This document shows, in pieces, positions 27,387-36,450 of a stretch of DNA of 64,000 nt. The DNA is taken from positions 1 to 64,000 of IMG/VR virus record IMGVR_UViG_3300006151_000006; one strand, 5' to 3'. The position numbers and the translations under genes were made by a program. This DNA comes from a virus. Taxonomy: Duplodnaviria; Heunggongvirae; Uroviricota; Caudoviricetes. Under the pieces are notes generated by a model that saw nothing but the letters and a program-made list of their open reading frames with translations, had not been told where the DNA came from and made no database searches. The stretch's first letter is position 1. Every line of letters begins with the position of its first letter.

Positions 27387-27440
27387 GGCTTAATCTTTTC
27401 TTTTTACAAAGGTAATGTTTTTATCCGTAATTGTCAGATT
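26258..27440. mobile_element. IS481-family insertion sequence (GC-rich, foreign)
   Basis: A single 381 aa transposase with an N-terminal HTH and an rve DDE core. GC is far above the flanking phage DNA. A perfect 12 bp direct repeat AATTGTCAGATT sits at 26258-26269 and 27429-27440. Confidence 0.7.
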
Positions 27441-27493
27441 AAGTCTTGACTACTTCATTTCATACGCGATTATTGGTTTATTGTGTTAGTGAA

Positions 27494-27766
27494 TTATTGT
27501 ATTTCGTGTTCTTCAACACAGCCGTCATAGCTGTAGTCATCGCAAGGTGTGAAGCCTTCGTAGGACATTCCGTCATCTGACTTATATTCTTCCCAATCTT
27601 TAGGGTCATCAAAATCAATATTGGTCCAACTACGTTTGACATCTGCAATATCATCTTGAAGGATTTCTTTTGCTTTCTCCTTATCGGTATATACACCAAG
27701 TATGGAGTCAAATTTTTCACCGTCCATCTCTCCAGAGACGTGGGGAATATAAACTTTTTGAGGCAT
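27494..27766 (-). CDS. hypothetical protein
   Basis: 90 aa ORF. Confidence 0.45.
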   Translation of the reverse strand: MPQKVYIPHVSGEMDGEKFDSILGVYTDKEKAKEILQDDIADVKRSWTNIDFDDPKDWEEYKSDDGMSYEGFTPCDDYSYDGCVEEHEIQ

Positions 27767-27772
27767 ATTTAA

Positions 27773-28015
27773 TTATATTCTAACTACTTGAGTTTTCTTT
27801 AATTCACCGGAATATCCTTTGGCTCTCAACGCTGCAATTAGGGCGTCTTCTGTGAGCAGTGACCCCAAATCTTCTTGAGCTCTTGTGGAATTGAGACGAG
27901 AAAACAGCTTCCTGTAGTTACATTCTGCTTTGTTTTCCCTTGTGCATCGGATGCCGGAGGTGAGGTATGGGCACATGTGTTTGCACCCATAATCCTCAAT
28001 GATTCCTACTGTCAT
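27773..28015 (-). CDS. hypothetical protein
   Basis: 80 aa ORF. Confidence 0.4.
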   Translation of the reverse strand: MTVGIIEDYGCKHMCPYLTSGIRCTRENKAECNYRKLFSRLNSTRAQEDLGSLLTEDALIAALRAKGYSGELKKTQVVRI

Positions 28016-28197
28016 ACAACCTTGATGTCAGTTCTACGCAGTTCCCCATTGTAACCTCGACGGCGAAGTTCTGCAAATATGTTGTCATCGGTAAAGTCTG
28101 CAAGGCTGAGAGTAGCCTTGCTGCCTTGTTGGGGCTGATAAGCAGCCGGACGAGTCGTTGACTCTGTGGTTTGATTTTTCTTTCTTGGCATTTTAGT

Positions 28198-28785
28198 TTA
28201 TTTGTTAATTATTAAGTCGGGATATATTGGAGTTAATTCATTGGGTGTCACCTCGGCTTCAGAGTCTTCTGTACCAATGAGAATGATTGCGTCTAATGCA
28301 AAACTTTCCGAGTCGATTAGATGACCGCGCTCGTCAAATTCAAAGGGAACGCCAAACACTTCGTAAATTCCAGATGTTTCACCAGCTGGGTCATGCCACC
28401 ACACCTTTGCTCCGGGTTTGATAAAGCGATAATAATATGCAATATCTTCAGCTTCGTCCCATTCAAGCCAGTATGTTTCAGGACAAGCCCATTTGCAACC
28501 ATTGAAAAAATCATCGCATAATTCTCGGTTGTAGTTGCACAAACACAGCAAATCGTTGTGGGTATATCCGCCATCAATTTGATAGAACCCATCTTTATCA
28601 GGTTCAATGTCGGCAAAACATGCTTCTGGAATATAGCAAACAGCATCCCAGTCTTTTTCGTAGGCTTCTTCATCTTTGAAGATGCTGCCAAACGTGAGCC
28701 CATCATCATATAGACCACGTTTGACAAACATCTCTCCGTTGATATTTTTGATTTCGCCTATCTTGAGATATTCTTTGTGCGGCAT
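28198..28785 (-). CDS. hypothetical protein
   Basis: 195 aa ORF. Confidence 0.5.
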   Translation of the reverse strand: MPHKEYLKIGEIKNINGEMFVKRGLYDDGLTFGSIFKDEEAYEKDWDAVCYIPEACFADIEPDKDGFYQIDGGYTHNDLLCLCNYNRELCDDFFNGCKWACPETYWLEWDEAEDIAYYYRFIKPGAKVWWHDPAGETSGIYEVFGVPFEFDERGHLIDSESFALDAIILIGTEDSEAEVTPNELTPIYPDLIINK

Positions 28786-28786
28786 G

Positions 28787-29878
28787 TCATTTTCTTTTGC
28801 GCCATCCGGCCATTTTTGCTTTTATGTCAATGTCATTGTCCTCAATGAATTTCTTCATCAAGCCGAACAGTTTCCAACCGTCAGTTTGGTGTTCTGCGGC
28901 CTTGTCGTGGAGCTTTTTGATAGAGCCAATCTGAGATAAGGCTCGGCCTTCAACGTACATACGACATCCGTGAAAGAGGATAAGATTTTTGAGCGTGAAG
29001 AATGCACCCGCTCCTTTGTATGCACCTTTGAAGATGCCAGCCTGTCTCATGCTTGATTTGACATAGCAATTCTTAACCGCTTTATAAAACCCTTTAACAG
29101 CCAGATATAGTTCTGCGGTATTGTTGGCTTCATTGATGTGGTTGTACCACACCGTCAGAGGCCCCCACACTTCAGCTTCCACATTGTCAACGAATATGTT
29201 TCGATGACAGATGCGGATATATTTGCGACCTTGACATTTACGCACATGTCGATCTTTCACGATTACTTTGAGTTGAGCGAGATAGTCTTTGGCCATTCCG
29301 ATTGCTACAGCCTTGTTGAACCAGCGATTACGTTCAACAAAATTCTCAATATCAGTTACCTCAAGTTTAGCCTGAACACGCAGCTCTTCGAGAAGCATTT
29401 CCCACGAATACTGATAACCCTTTCGATTGAGAGCTTCAGTAAAGCCGCCGGGAGCGACAAGCATGTGGAATGCCTGAGCCATCACCCAACGACGGAATAG
29501 ACGGCGATTAGGAATTGTACCGCCTGCCATAATCTTAGCGAATATGGGGTCGTTGTCAGGCACTTCTACAACCTGATTGTTGACCATACGAACAATCTTG
29601 CTTTCTCCAGACGCTCCACGCATTGAGAACAAGTTCGCGACATTGACCCCAGCGTTACGGAGAGCTGTCAGCTTATCGTCAGCTGAGAGTCTGCCAGATT
29701 GGGGTTGTTCACTGTCAAGAGTAAGAGCGACAGTTCCAAGATTGCTGTCTTTTCCCACTGCTACACCGGTTGCGATGTGCTGATGTGCGGGAATTGCGAA
29801 GTTGGCTCCACATACGGGGCATACGATTTTAGTTTCCTGATTTGGCATAATTATTGAGTTTACTGTTTGATAATCCAT
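28787..29878 (-). CDS. hypothetical protein with N-terminal zinc ribbon
   Basis: CPVCGANF...H; 363 aa. Confidence 0.5.
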   Translation of the reverse strand: MDYQTVNSIIMPNQETKIVCPVCGANFAIPAHQHIATGVAVGKDSNLGTVALTLDSEQPQSGRLSADDKLTALRNAGVNVANLFSMRGASGESKIVRMVNNQVVEVPDNDPIFAKIMAGGTIPNRRLFRRWVMAQAFHMLVAPGGFTEALNRKGYQYSWEMLLEELRVQAKLEVTDIENFVERNRWFNKAVAIGMAKDYLAQLKVIVKDRHVRKCQGRKYIRICHRNIFVDNVEAEVWGPLTVWYNHINEANNTAELYLAVKGFYKAVKNCYVKSSMRQAGIFKGAYKGAGAFFTLKNLILFHGCRMYVEGRALSQIGSIKKLHDKAAEHQTDGWKLFGLMKKFIEDNDIDIKAKMAGWRKRK

Positions 29879-30309
29879 TTTTTAAGAATGATGAGAGAGG
29901 GTTCGTTGGGAGATTGCCAGAACCATTTGTCCTTAGCAAATTCATCCCATACGATAGATTGGTTGATGATTGCAATGAGAAGATAAAGCTCCAATGCAAT
30001 CTGAGCGGTTTCACGATGCTCTCCGTAAAGCATATCTTCATCGTCAAGCTCGTGTTCTGGAAGTGCTCGGAAATAATTGCGTCTTTTGTTATCACTTCGA
30101 GCAGATGGGATGCTGTGATTGTAACGATGATAAAGTCGCTCAATCTCAGCGAGAGAAAAGTCGGAAGGCTCAATGCCCAGACAGCCGTCAAATTGTCCGT
30201 TCTTGATAATGTATTTGCCATCAATTTTGAGGCTATGTTCTATAAAATTGACGCTGAATCGGGAGCCTTGCTCAACCTTTTCGATTGATTCTTTGTAGAT
30301 GTTTGTCAT
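29860..30309 (-). CDS. hypothetical protein
   Basis: 149 aa ORF. Confidence 0.45.
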   Translation of the reverse strand: MTNIYKESIEKVEQGSRFSVNFIEHSLKIDGKYIIKNGQFDGCLGIEPSDFSLAEIERLYHRYNHSIPSARSDNKRRNYFRALPEHELDDEDMLYGEHRETAQIALELYLLIAIINQSIVWDEFAKDKWFWQSPNEPSLIILKKWIIKQ

Positions 30310-30339
30310 ATAGTTGTTAAAAATGAAATGCTCAAAGTC

Positions 30340-31600
30340 TTGACGTATTTCTGTATTTCTATGATGTCATCGAGGGAAGCGAAGGCCTCCTCAAGCGAAA
30401 GCAGGACCTCGGAGGATTCCTCCGAATGGTCCTGCGGGCTTGGGAGGGTGCCCGGCCCCGATGAATGAAACAGAACCTCTTGCATTTCGATGTTACGTTA
30501 CATTTTATGATAATCTCATCAGCATGGCGCATTTCTTTAACTCTTTCAATGTGCGGGCTGATACTGAAGGATCAGCTCCAGTTGATTCGACTGGAGAAGA
30601 TCCTTGCGTGTGGCAGCCCACAATGAATCTTACTGTCTTGATCATCATATTTGCGCTATCTATATTGTTCTCAATTACTTTGCACATCGCTATATCTGAT
30701 TGATGTGAACTGTTTATTACGCGGCGGGCCTGCCGGTAAGATGTCACGGTAGGGCCAGATAACCGGCAGGCCCGCCGCGATATGTAACAGTTCGACTGAA
30801 AGTGTAATCATTGAACAATAATCTGCTGTGCTTCAGTGCCACACTCAATGATGGTTGTATGTTTCTTTATAAAGTTGATATGAGAAGCTACCGACTATTC
30901 GTCGTCATATCCGTTAGGAGATGACGACGAATGATGGAGGAGCTATCACATTAAATCTTCATCATATTATGTGGTTGATCGCATACTCGACGATGTGATT
31001 GTGTTTCCGATTATGTGTAACTATATGTTTTTGATATGACTACGAGTGAGATCCTGTACCGGGACGCTGATACATCAGAATCCTTCTGAAGTAGAAGTCG
31101 TCCCGGTACAGGAGATATACTCGTGCTCATTAAATACCGGGATTTCCAATCACGCGCTGCACATCCAGCTTATAGTTGTCATGCCGATTGTATGTTTCTG
31201 TATTCTATTCGATGTACTCCTGAATACAGTTGTCGAGAGAAAGCTGGAGGCTCTCCAGCTGACCTCTCGAAAATAAGGATTCAGGATGACTGAATTTCTC
31301 GGCCATTCAACTATCATCTGCATACTCAGATTTGAGAATAGTTAGAAGCATAGTGTAGTTCTATATATTGTTGATATGTATCTGTCTAACCAGAAGACGG
31401 CTGAGAGGAGTCGGCACGACTCCTCGATGACGTCTTCTGGTTAGAGACAGATAATTGAAGGTGGCTTCTTTCCATCCTCTCCGTACACTCGGTTATTGAC
31501 GATAGTCAGACTTGTAGTGCGTTGCTTTATTTGTTGATATTATCCCGCCATTGTTCGTTCACGGGATTATTAAATACTTGTCATTCTACCGTCACTGCGC
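30340..31600. repeat. tandem array of about 8 units (period roughly 150-180 bp): a conserved leader of about 25 nt, then a unique 40-90 nt near-perfect palindrome, then a short trailer
   Basis: Leader variants tGTATGTTTCT..TATAAAGTTGATATGA occur near 30349, 30530, 30690, 30852, 31009, 31190, 31355 and 31520. Palindromes include cgcggcgggcctgccggt/accggcaggcccgccgcg, attcgtcgtcat/atgacgacgaat, tcctgtaccgggacg/cgtcccggtacagga and tctgtctaaccagaagacg/cgtcttctggttagagacaga. Trailer reads CATTAAAT. Confidence 0.7.
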
Positions 31601-31613
31601 ACTCAGATAATTA

Positions 31614-32870
31614 TTATAAAGTAGCAACCAACGTTTTGTACGCTTCACGACTGGCAACCATTGCGTTTTGCATACAATTGATGGTTAAATACCCATCAAT
31701 TGTTACAATCTTAGAGCGATTTGCTTTAACGTTGCGTCCTATACCTCGTGAAATACATCCTTCTGATTGAGTGGCGACATAACCGAGACCACCAACTTTC
31801 TTCTTTCCTGTAGCAACCGCTTTCAGACAATCCATCACAAATTTGTTAAGTTCCTGAATGTCTTTCTTAACGTTGCATACCGGCAGAATTTGAGTGGCCC
31901 AGCTATATTCTCCATTTCCTTTATAAAGAAAGCGATTGACAGCGTTGATGGCTTTCTTCAGTGTTGCACCTTTTGCTTTGATGGTGCGAGCCTCGATTTC
32001 TTTCTGGAATTTCTTAATTCTGGTCCCGCTTAATGAAATGTCAGAACCTTTGATGGAATATCCGAGAAACTTAAACCATCGGGTATGAGTAAGGTATTCG
32101 ACTTTCTTGGGGTTGAGCGTCATTTCTTTCTCAGCCAGTTTATCTTTCAACACATTCATTGCAACCTCGTAATCGGTTCCGATGAACAAAATGTCATCTG
32201 AATATCTGACATCGTAGCCATCAAGTTTAGCTAATTCTTCATCAATGTCATAAAGAATGACATCAGCAAGCCACGAGGCGACTGAACAGCCCTGTTTAAG
32301 TGATTGATATGCGCTTTTAAGTTGCCCATCAGTGTCGAAGTATAAATCAGAATGATAGTATTTCCTAAGCACATCAATCAATGAAGAATGACCATACTTT
32401 GCTTCTACTGAATCAAAAGCCGCATCAATGAAACGAAGGGGAACGCTGTCAAAATATTTACTTAAATCAGCTTTCCAGCCAATCACATCGCCTTGGGTTT
32501 CACATATTTTGCGTGACGCTTCCTGAACAATTTTCCCACAGCCAATACCTTTCTGATATGATTGGCAATGTGGGTGTATCATCTCAGGCATCAGTTCAAA
32601 CAACAAGTCATTTGTGATACTGAGAAGTATGCGATCTGCCGGTTCATTGATATACACGGTTCGATATTCTCCATTGTCCTTAGGAATTTGTGCTGTATGC
32701 GGTGGGGCTATTTCGTAGCGGCCATCACGGATTGCTTCATACATCTGAACTCGTGTTTCCGGCTTTGTCAACTGATAAAGCTCGCTCTTAGCGATGCTCT
32801 TGCCGACACCTTTCTCGATAGCATATATCCATCGTTCAGGTTCAAAGAATTTTTCTAAGATGTAATCCAT
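31614..32870 (-). CDS. reverse transcriptase (group-II-intron/retron-like RT domain plus thumb-like C-terminus)
   Basis: RT1 IPKDNGEYRTVYI, RT2 SYQKGIG, motif A DLSKYFDSV, B' QGCSVASWLADVIL, C RYSDDILFIG, plus HTRWFKFLGYSI; 418 aa. Confidence 0.85.
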   Translation of the reverse strand: MDYILEKFFEPERWIYAIEKGVGKSIAKSELYQLTKPETRVQMYEAIRDGRYEIAPPHTAQIPKDNGEYRTVYINEPADRILLSITNDLLFELMPEMIHPHCQSYQKGIGCGKIVQEASRKICETQGDVIGWKADLSKYFDSVPLRFIDAAFDSVEAKYGHSSLIDVLRKYYHSDLYFDTDGQLKSAYQSLKQGCSVASWLADVILYDIDEELAKLDGYDVRYSDDILFIGTDYEVAMNVLKDKLAEKEMTLNPKKVEYLTHTRWFKFLGYSIKGSDISLSGTRIKKFQKEIEARTIKAKGATLKKAINAVNRFLYKGNGEYSWATQILPVCNVKKDIQELNKFVMDCLKAVATGKKKVGGLGYVATQSEGCISRGIGRNVKANRSKIVTIDGYLTINCMQNAMVASREAYKTLVATL

Positions 32871-32886
32871 TTTACTGTTTGCGGGG

Positions 32887-33135
32887 TTAAAACCATCTGA
32901 GAAGCCTTGCGGTTTCCCAGTAGAAATTATATTGTGGGTAGAGTTCTTTTAAAATGCTTATAAGCTTACCTCTAATTGGATGTTTGTAGATAAATAACTG
33001 ATAATCGGCTATTTTAAAGTCTCTATTTTTTCTTAGCCCACTCAATGTTAGGAGAGAAGATATAAAGTCCTCAATCTTTATCTCTGCGGGATTTTCGAGG
33101 ATAGGCTTTCGGACTCGTTTTCTTTTTCGGGGCAT
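32887..33135 (-). CDS. hypothetical basic protein
   Basis: 82 aa; overlaps the next ORF, so the two may be one frameshifted gene. Confidence 0.3.
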   Translation of the reverse strand: MPRKRKRVRKPILENPAEIKIEDFISSLLTLSGLRKNRDFKIADYQLFIYKHPIRGKLISILKELYPQYNFYWETARLLRWF

Positions 33136-33415
33136 GGATTTTTCCTGTTTTTAATAGTTCCTGTTTACGTTTCCGATATTTCCTCTTTGCCTCAGCCCAG
33201 TATTCAGCTGATCTTTTAGGAGCAGGCGGACGAGGCTGAGGGTTAATTATATGCTGGATGAGTCTTCTTGAGACCCTGAACATCGCTGCAAGCTTGCGTT
33301 GACTGTAACCTTTCTGAACGAGAATGATAATAGCATTTCGCTCATCTTGAGTCAACTTAACTCGCTTATCGTGTTTTGTTCCGGCGATGGGTATATTGTC
33401 ACTGCGATATGGCAT
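33071..33415 (-). CDS. HTH DNA-binding protein with a highly basic tail
   Basis: LVQKGYSQRKLAAMFRVSRRLIQ, then a K/R/P-rich C-terminus. Confidence 0.45.
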   Translation of the reverse strand: MPYRSDNIPIAGTKHDKRVKLTQDERNAIIILVQKGYSQRKLAAMFRVSRRLIQHIINPQPRPPAPKRSAEYWAEAKRKYRKRKQELLKTGKIHAPKKKTSPKAYPRKSRRDKD

Positions 33416-33487
33416 TGTTGCTGATGTTTGTGAAGAATAGTTGGTGTTGGTGTCCTACGTTGTCCATAAACTCGACTTTAACATTCG

Positions 33488-33853
33488 TTATTTAACAAAT
33501 CCGCCAAAGTTGATTGGAATAGATACATCGCTTACTGCCACAGTTTCCGGGATGCGACCGGTGATATAGCTTAGGTGGCCCGGTTCTGCATAGATGATTT
33601 CAGTATCAAAACCATACTCGTTCTCTACGCCAAATACCGTAAGCCAGTCGTGACCATCTACACGCTCTACCGTAACTTTCTCTACTTTGTAGTCTGATGC
33701 ACACTCTGCGTGTTTGGTCGATGCCAATATCACAGGAGCATCCTCAGAGCTGAATCCTATTTCACCGCCATGAGCAATTACGGCAGCGATAAGTTCATTT
33801 TCCTCGTGCTTTTTAATTGCCTCAAGGAGATGATAGAAGTCTGTATGCTTCAT
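33488..33853 (-). CDS. hypothetical protein
   Basis: 121 aa ORF. Confidence 0.45.
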   Translation of the reverse strand: MKHTDFYHLLEAIKKHEENELIAAVIAHGGEIGFSSEDAPVILASTKHAECASDYKVEKVTVERVDGHDWLTVFGVENEYGFDTEIIYAEPGHLSYITGRIPETVAVSDVSIPINFGGFVK

Positions 33854-34101
33854 TAGTTAAAATCTTTATGGGTTAAATATTGAACCTTTTCGCAGTTACA
33901 CATATATTCGATGCCTCCATCGGAGTAGCCGCAGTAATCAAAGAGAAAGAGATAAAGTTTCTCGTCTTTATCAACTTTTGCCCATTCGTCATCTTCATAC
34001 CACTCGGACAATTCGTTTCTGAGGTCATTCTCCAGCCATTCGTCGTCCACAGAAATGACATCGACGCTGTTGGTGTTAAAATCAAGTACGGCTATCTTCA
34101 T
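33853..34101 (-). CDS. hypothetical acidic protein
   Basis: 82 aa ORF. Confidence 0.4.
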   Translation of the reverse strand: MKIAVLDFNTNSVDVISVDDEWLENDLRNELSEWYEDDEWAKVDKDEKLYLFLFDYCGYSDGGIEYMCNCEKVQYLTHKDFN

Positions 34102-34595
34102 TTTCGTTCTCCAAGTTTACGTTCTGCATTTGGGTTAGTTGTCGTCCAACCTACATAGTCCCAACCAGTACCCCAATGCGTTACACAAAGGATGTACCGG
34201 TCAAGCAAGTTGCTGTATGTAAATTGAAGACCGAATGTCTCGCGAAGATATTTGACATCAGATTCTGAGCAGTCGGTGATGAGCCACTGGAAGATTTCAG
34301 GTTCGTCAATGTCATCATCGTCATTCTCTTCATCGGGATTCCAGATGTGGCCACAGTTTTCACATTCCCACTCTTCAGTTTCATCTCCGTCATCGTCAAT
34401 ATAGGGGCGAATTTTCATTGTCCCACATTCTGGACATTCGTCGGGTGCTTCTGAGGAGGCTGTGATGTCTATCGCAGGTAGCATGTTGGCCCATAATGAT
34501 GAGTCTATTTCAGGCAGCTTATTGCAAAGCACCATGTCATTATTGAGCCATTCCACAGCTACCCTGTAGTTGGTTTGATATATTTGAGTTGCCAT
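34098..34595 (-). CDS. hypothetical protein with zinc ribbon (CPECG...CENCG)
   Basis: 165 aa. Confidence 0.45.
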   Translation of the reverse strand: MATQIYQTNYRVAVEWLNNDMVLCNKLPEIDSSLWANMLPAIDITASSEAPDECPECGTMKIRPYIDDDGDETEEWECENCGHIWNPDEENDDDDIDEPEIFQWLITDCSESDVKYLRETFGLQFTYSNLLDRYILCVTHWGTGWDYVGWTTTNPNAERKLGERK

Positions 34596-34598
34596 AAT

Positions 34599-34808
34599 TT
34601 ATGCGTGAAATTGTTCGTTGATAGGCATTCTGCGGGAGATGATCCGATATGGTCGGGGATCATTCATTCGATAGCTTCTAACGTCTTCAACAAATGCCCT
34701 TTTTTCTTGTGGAGAGGCGTGCTTATCACAGGCGATTATGTCTGCCCACTCACCTTCAAAAAGCCCTTGTAGAATTCGCAAATACTGGTATTTATTCTGT
34801 TTTGCCAT
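34599..34808 (-). CDS. hypothetical protein
   Basis: 69 aa ORF. Confidence 0.4.
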   Translation of the reverse strand: MAKQNKYQYLRILQGLFEGEWADIIACDKHASPQEKRAFVEDVRSYRMNDPRPYRIISRRMPINEQFHA

Positions 34809-35063
34809 ATCATTTTCGTTTACTGAAATTTGATATTAAAGTCTGTTTGATGAATATGACTTACCATCACCATCGGGCCATCAGGAGCATTGATTCCTGC
34901 ATGACAGCAACGTAAGCCAAAATTTCTGATTCGTTGGAAGGCGGAGTAAGAGTCTTGTTCATTGCAGAAAAAGACTCGTAGGATGCTGCCAGCAACATCC
35001 ACCCCTTTCACGGCTCCTACGGTCAATTCCTCCTTGACTCGATTGGTAACAGTAAGGTTCATA

Positions 35064-35429
35064 TCAATCTGTTTCGTTTTCTATTGTTTCGCCATTTACG
35101 TCAATCCAACATTTGAAATCACACATGGAAAATCTCTTGCGGAACCACGTCATCAAATCACGGAGGTTGCCATAAGGCGTGATAACAACTATGTAGAGTT
35201 GATTACCATCGAAGTCAACTTCATCAATATCACTCCATCCGTGAATATCTACTAATTGCGTGGCATCGCCTCCAAGCAAGTCGACCAGAGCACTAAGGTC
35301 GTGATGAATTGTGGTATGACCTTCAATAGACACCAAACAATCTACTATGTTTTGCGCCCAACGATATATAAAAGCCAAGTCTGCGACTGGACCATTAATC
35401 GTTATTGTTTTCTGTATGTTATGTGACAT
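35064..35429 (-). CDS. hypothetical protein
   Basis: 121 aa ORF. Confidence 0.45.
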   Translation of the reverse strand: MSHNIQKTITINGPVADLAFIYRWAQNIVDCLVSIEGHTTIHHDLSALVDLLGGDATQLVDIHGWSDIDEVDFDGNQLYIVVITPYGNLRDLMTWFRKRFSMCDFKCWIDVNGETIENETD

Positions 35430-35437
35430 ATCATATA

Positions 35438-35716
35438 TTATTCATCTTCGTAGTATGGAATTTTGAAATAATTGCAGAAGTATTCAAGATTTCGCCACCA
35501 GCATTCATTATGTTTGTCATCTTCAAAGTTGATTCTTTCATCTTTTGAAAGTCTAAGATCATGACGAGTAGATTCTTCGGTACAGTCAATGATTTTCTGC
35601 ATAGTTATATCATTGGTACTAATGGTGTTGAATGGACATGGAAGACTTTCAAGTTCACCACGGGTTATACTTGATTGTCCGCATACGAATTCTTGGTTGT
35701 AAAATTCTTCTATCAT
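35438..35716 (-). CDS. hypothetical Cys-rich protein
   Basis: 92 aa ORF. Confidence 0.4.
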   Translation of the reverse strand: MIEEFYNQEFVCGQSSITRGELESLPCPFNTISTNDITMQKIIDCTEESTRHDLRLSKDERINFEDDKHNECWWRNLEYFCNYFKIPYYEDE

Positions 35717-35733
35717 ATCTATTGGTTATTATA

Positions 35734-35757
35734 GCCCGGCTCTGGAAGGAGCCGGGC
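35734..35757 (-). other. GC-rich 9 bp stem-loop 10 nt downstream of the DUF1566 gene stop (DGR-style cruciform or terminator)
   Basis: gcccggctc-tggaag-gagccgggc, with no U tract following on the coding strand. Confidence 0.45.
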
Positions 35758-35766
35758 GTACCGATT

Positions 35767-36450
35767 TCAAAATGCGACAACTCCACGAACCCGGTACCTG
35801 TTGTACTTGACGTTGATGTACGTGCTGCCATCCGAGAAGTTGACGTTCCATGCGCCGTTGCGACTGCCCTCAGATATTGTCCAATACCACGCATCACTCT
35901 CAAGAGGCTCTCCACCGGCAGCACGAAGTGCTTTCTGAAGGACGGTCTTAAATATTCCCATTACATCGAACTGGCGGACAAGCGGCATGTATTCACCATC
36001 TGCCAAGGGAATGTCGGTACCGATACGTTTCAGCCGATCAGTGGCAGCGATGAAGTCATATTCTTCATGGCAACTTTTACCATTTTGATCGGTGTAATAG
36101 TCTGCGGAGCTCGGACATCTTTCATAGTCGCGATACAACTTGAAACGGCCCTTATCACGAAGTGTAACTCCGAACTTGATGTGTCCAAGAACAAGTCCAA
36201 TGTGCGCCACATTGTCCATTGTTTCCTGACCGTCATACTTGACTGCTGTGCCATCATTCAGACAAAAGTACACGCCATCTTCAGCGTTGTCAGGCAACAC
36301 TGTGATAGTATCCTTAGTTTTGAAAGAGGCAAACGCCCCTTTCTTGTTAGCAACGAAGTCCATAGCATCCTGTGCCTTGTCTCCGAATTCACGGAAAAAC
36401 ATCAGTCGGATGCGCTCTGATGTTGAGAGAAGATTATTTAATTTGTCCAT
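35767..36450 (-). CDS. DUF1566/C-type-lectin-fold protein, candidate DGR target
   Basis: C-terminus AWYWTISEGSRNGAWNVNFSDGSTYINVKYNRYRVRGVVAF matches the CLec tail pattern (aW.vnF..G......K....yVRcV). It is rich in NNC codons of the kind produced by AAC diversification. Confidence 0.55.
   Translation of the reverse strand: MDKLNNLLSTSERIRLMFFREFGDKAQDAMDFVANKKGAFASFKTKDTITVLPDNAEDGVYFCLNDGTAVKYDGQETMDNVAHIGLVLGHIKFGVTLRDKGRFKLYRDYERCPSSADYYTDQNGKSCHEEYDFIAATDRLKRIGTDIPLADGEYMPLVRQFDVMGIFKTVLQKALRAAGGEPLESDAWYWTISEGSRNGAWNVNFSDGSTYINVKYNRYRVRGVVAF

Noticed and set aside
30340-31600. CRISPR array
   Set aside because: The conserved element is short (about 25 nt) and the variable parts are long palindromes. 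That is the inverse of CRISPR repeat/spacer architecture, and there are no cas genes.
32871-32960. Possible DGR template repeat immediately upstream of the RT (12-mer cttctcAgatgg versus the variable-repeat cttctcGgatgg, an A-to-G difference as in adenine mutagenesis)
   Set aside because: The match does not extend. The flanking sequence aligns only with indels, whereas a template repeat and its variable repeat are co-linear and equal in length. Treated as chance.
30340-33450. Mobile group II intron containing the RT as intron-encoded protein
   Set aside because: No domain V/VI-like hairpin within 150 nt after the RT stop and no GUGYG...AY boundaries in the expected places. The 1.3 kb downstream region is a tandem repeat array, unlike intron domains. 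It was not fully excluded without a covariance-model search.
35632-36420. 262 aa plus-strand ORF
   Set aside because: Antisense to the DUF1566 gene.
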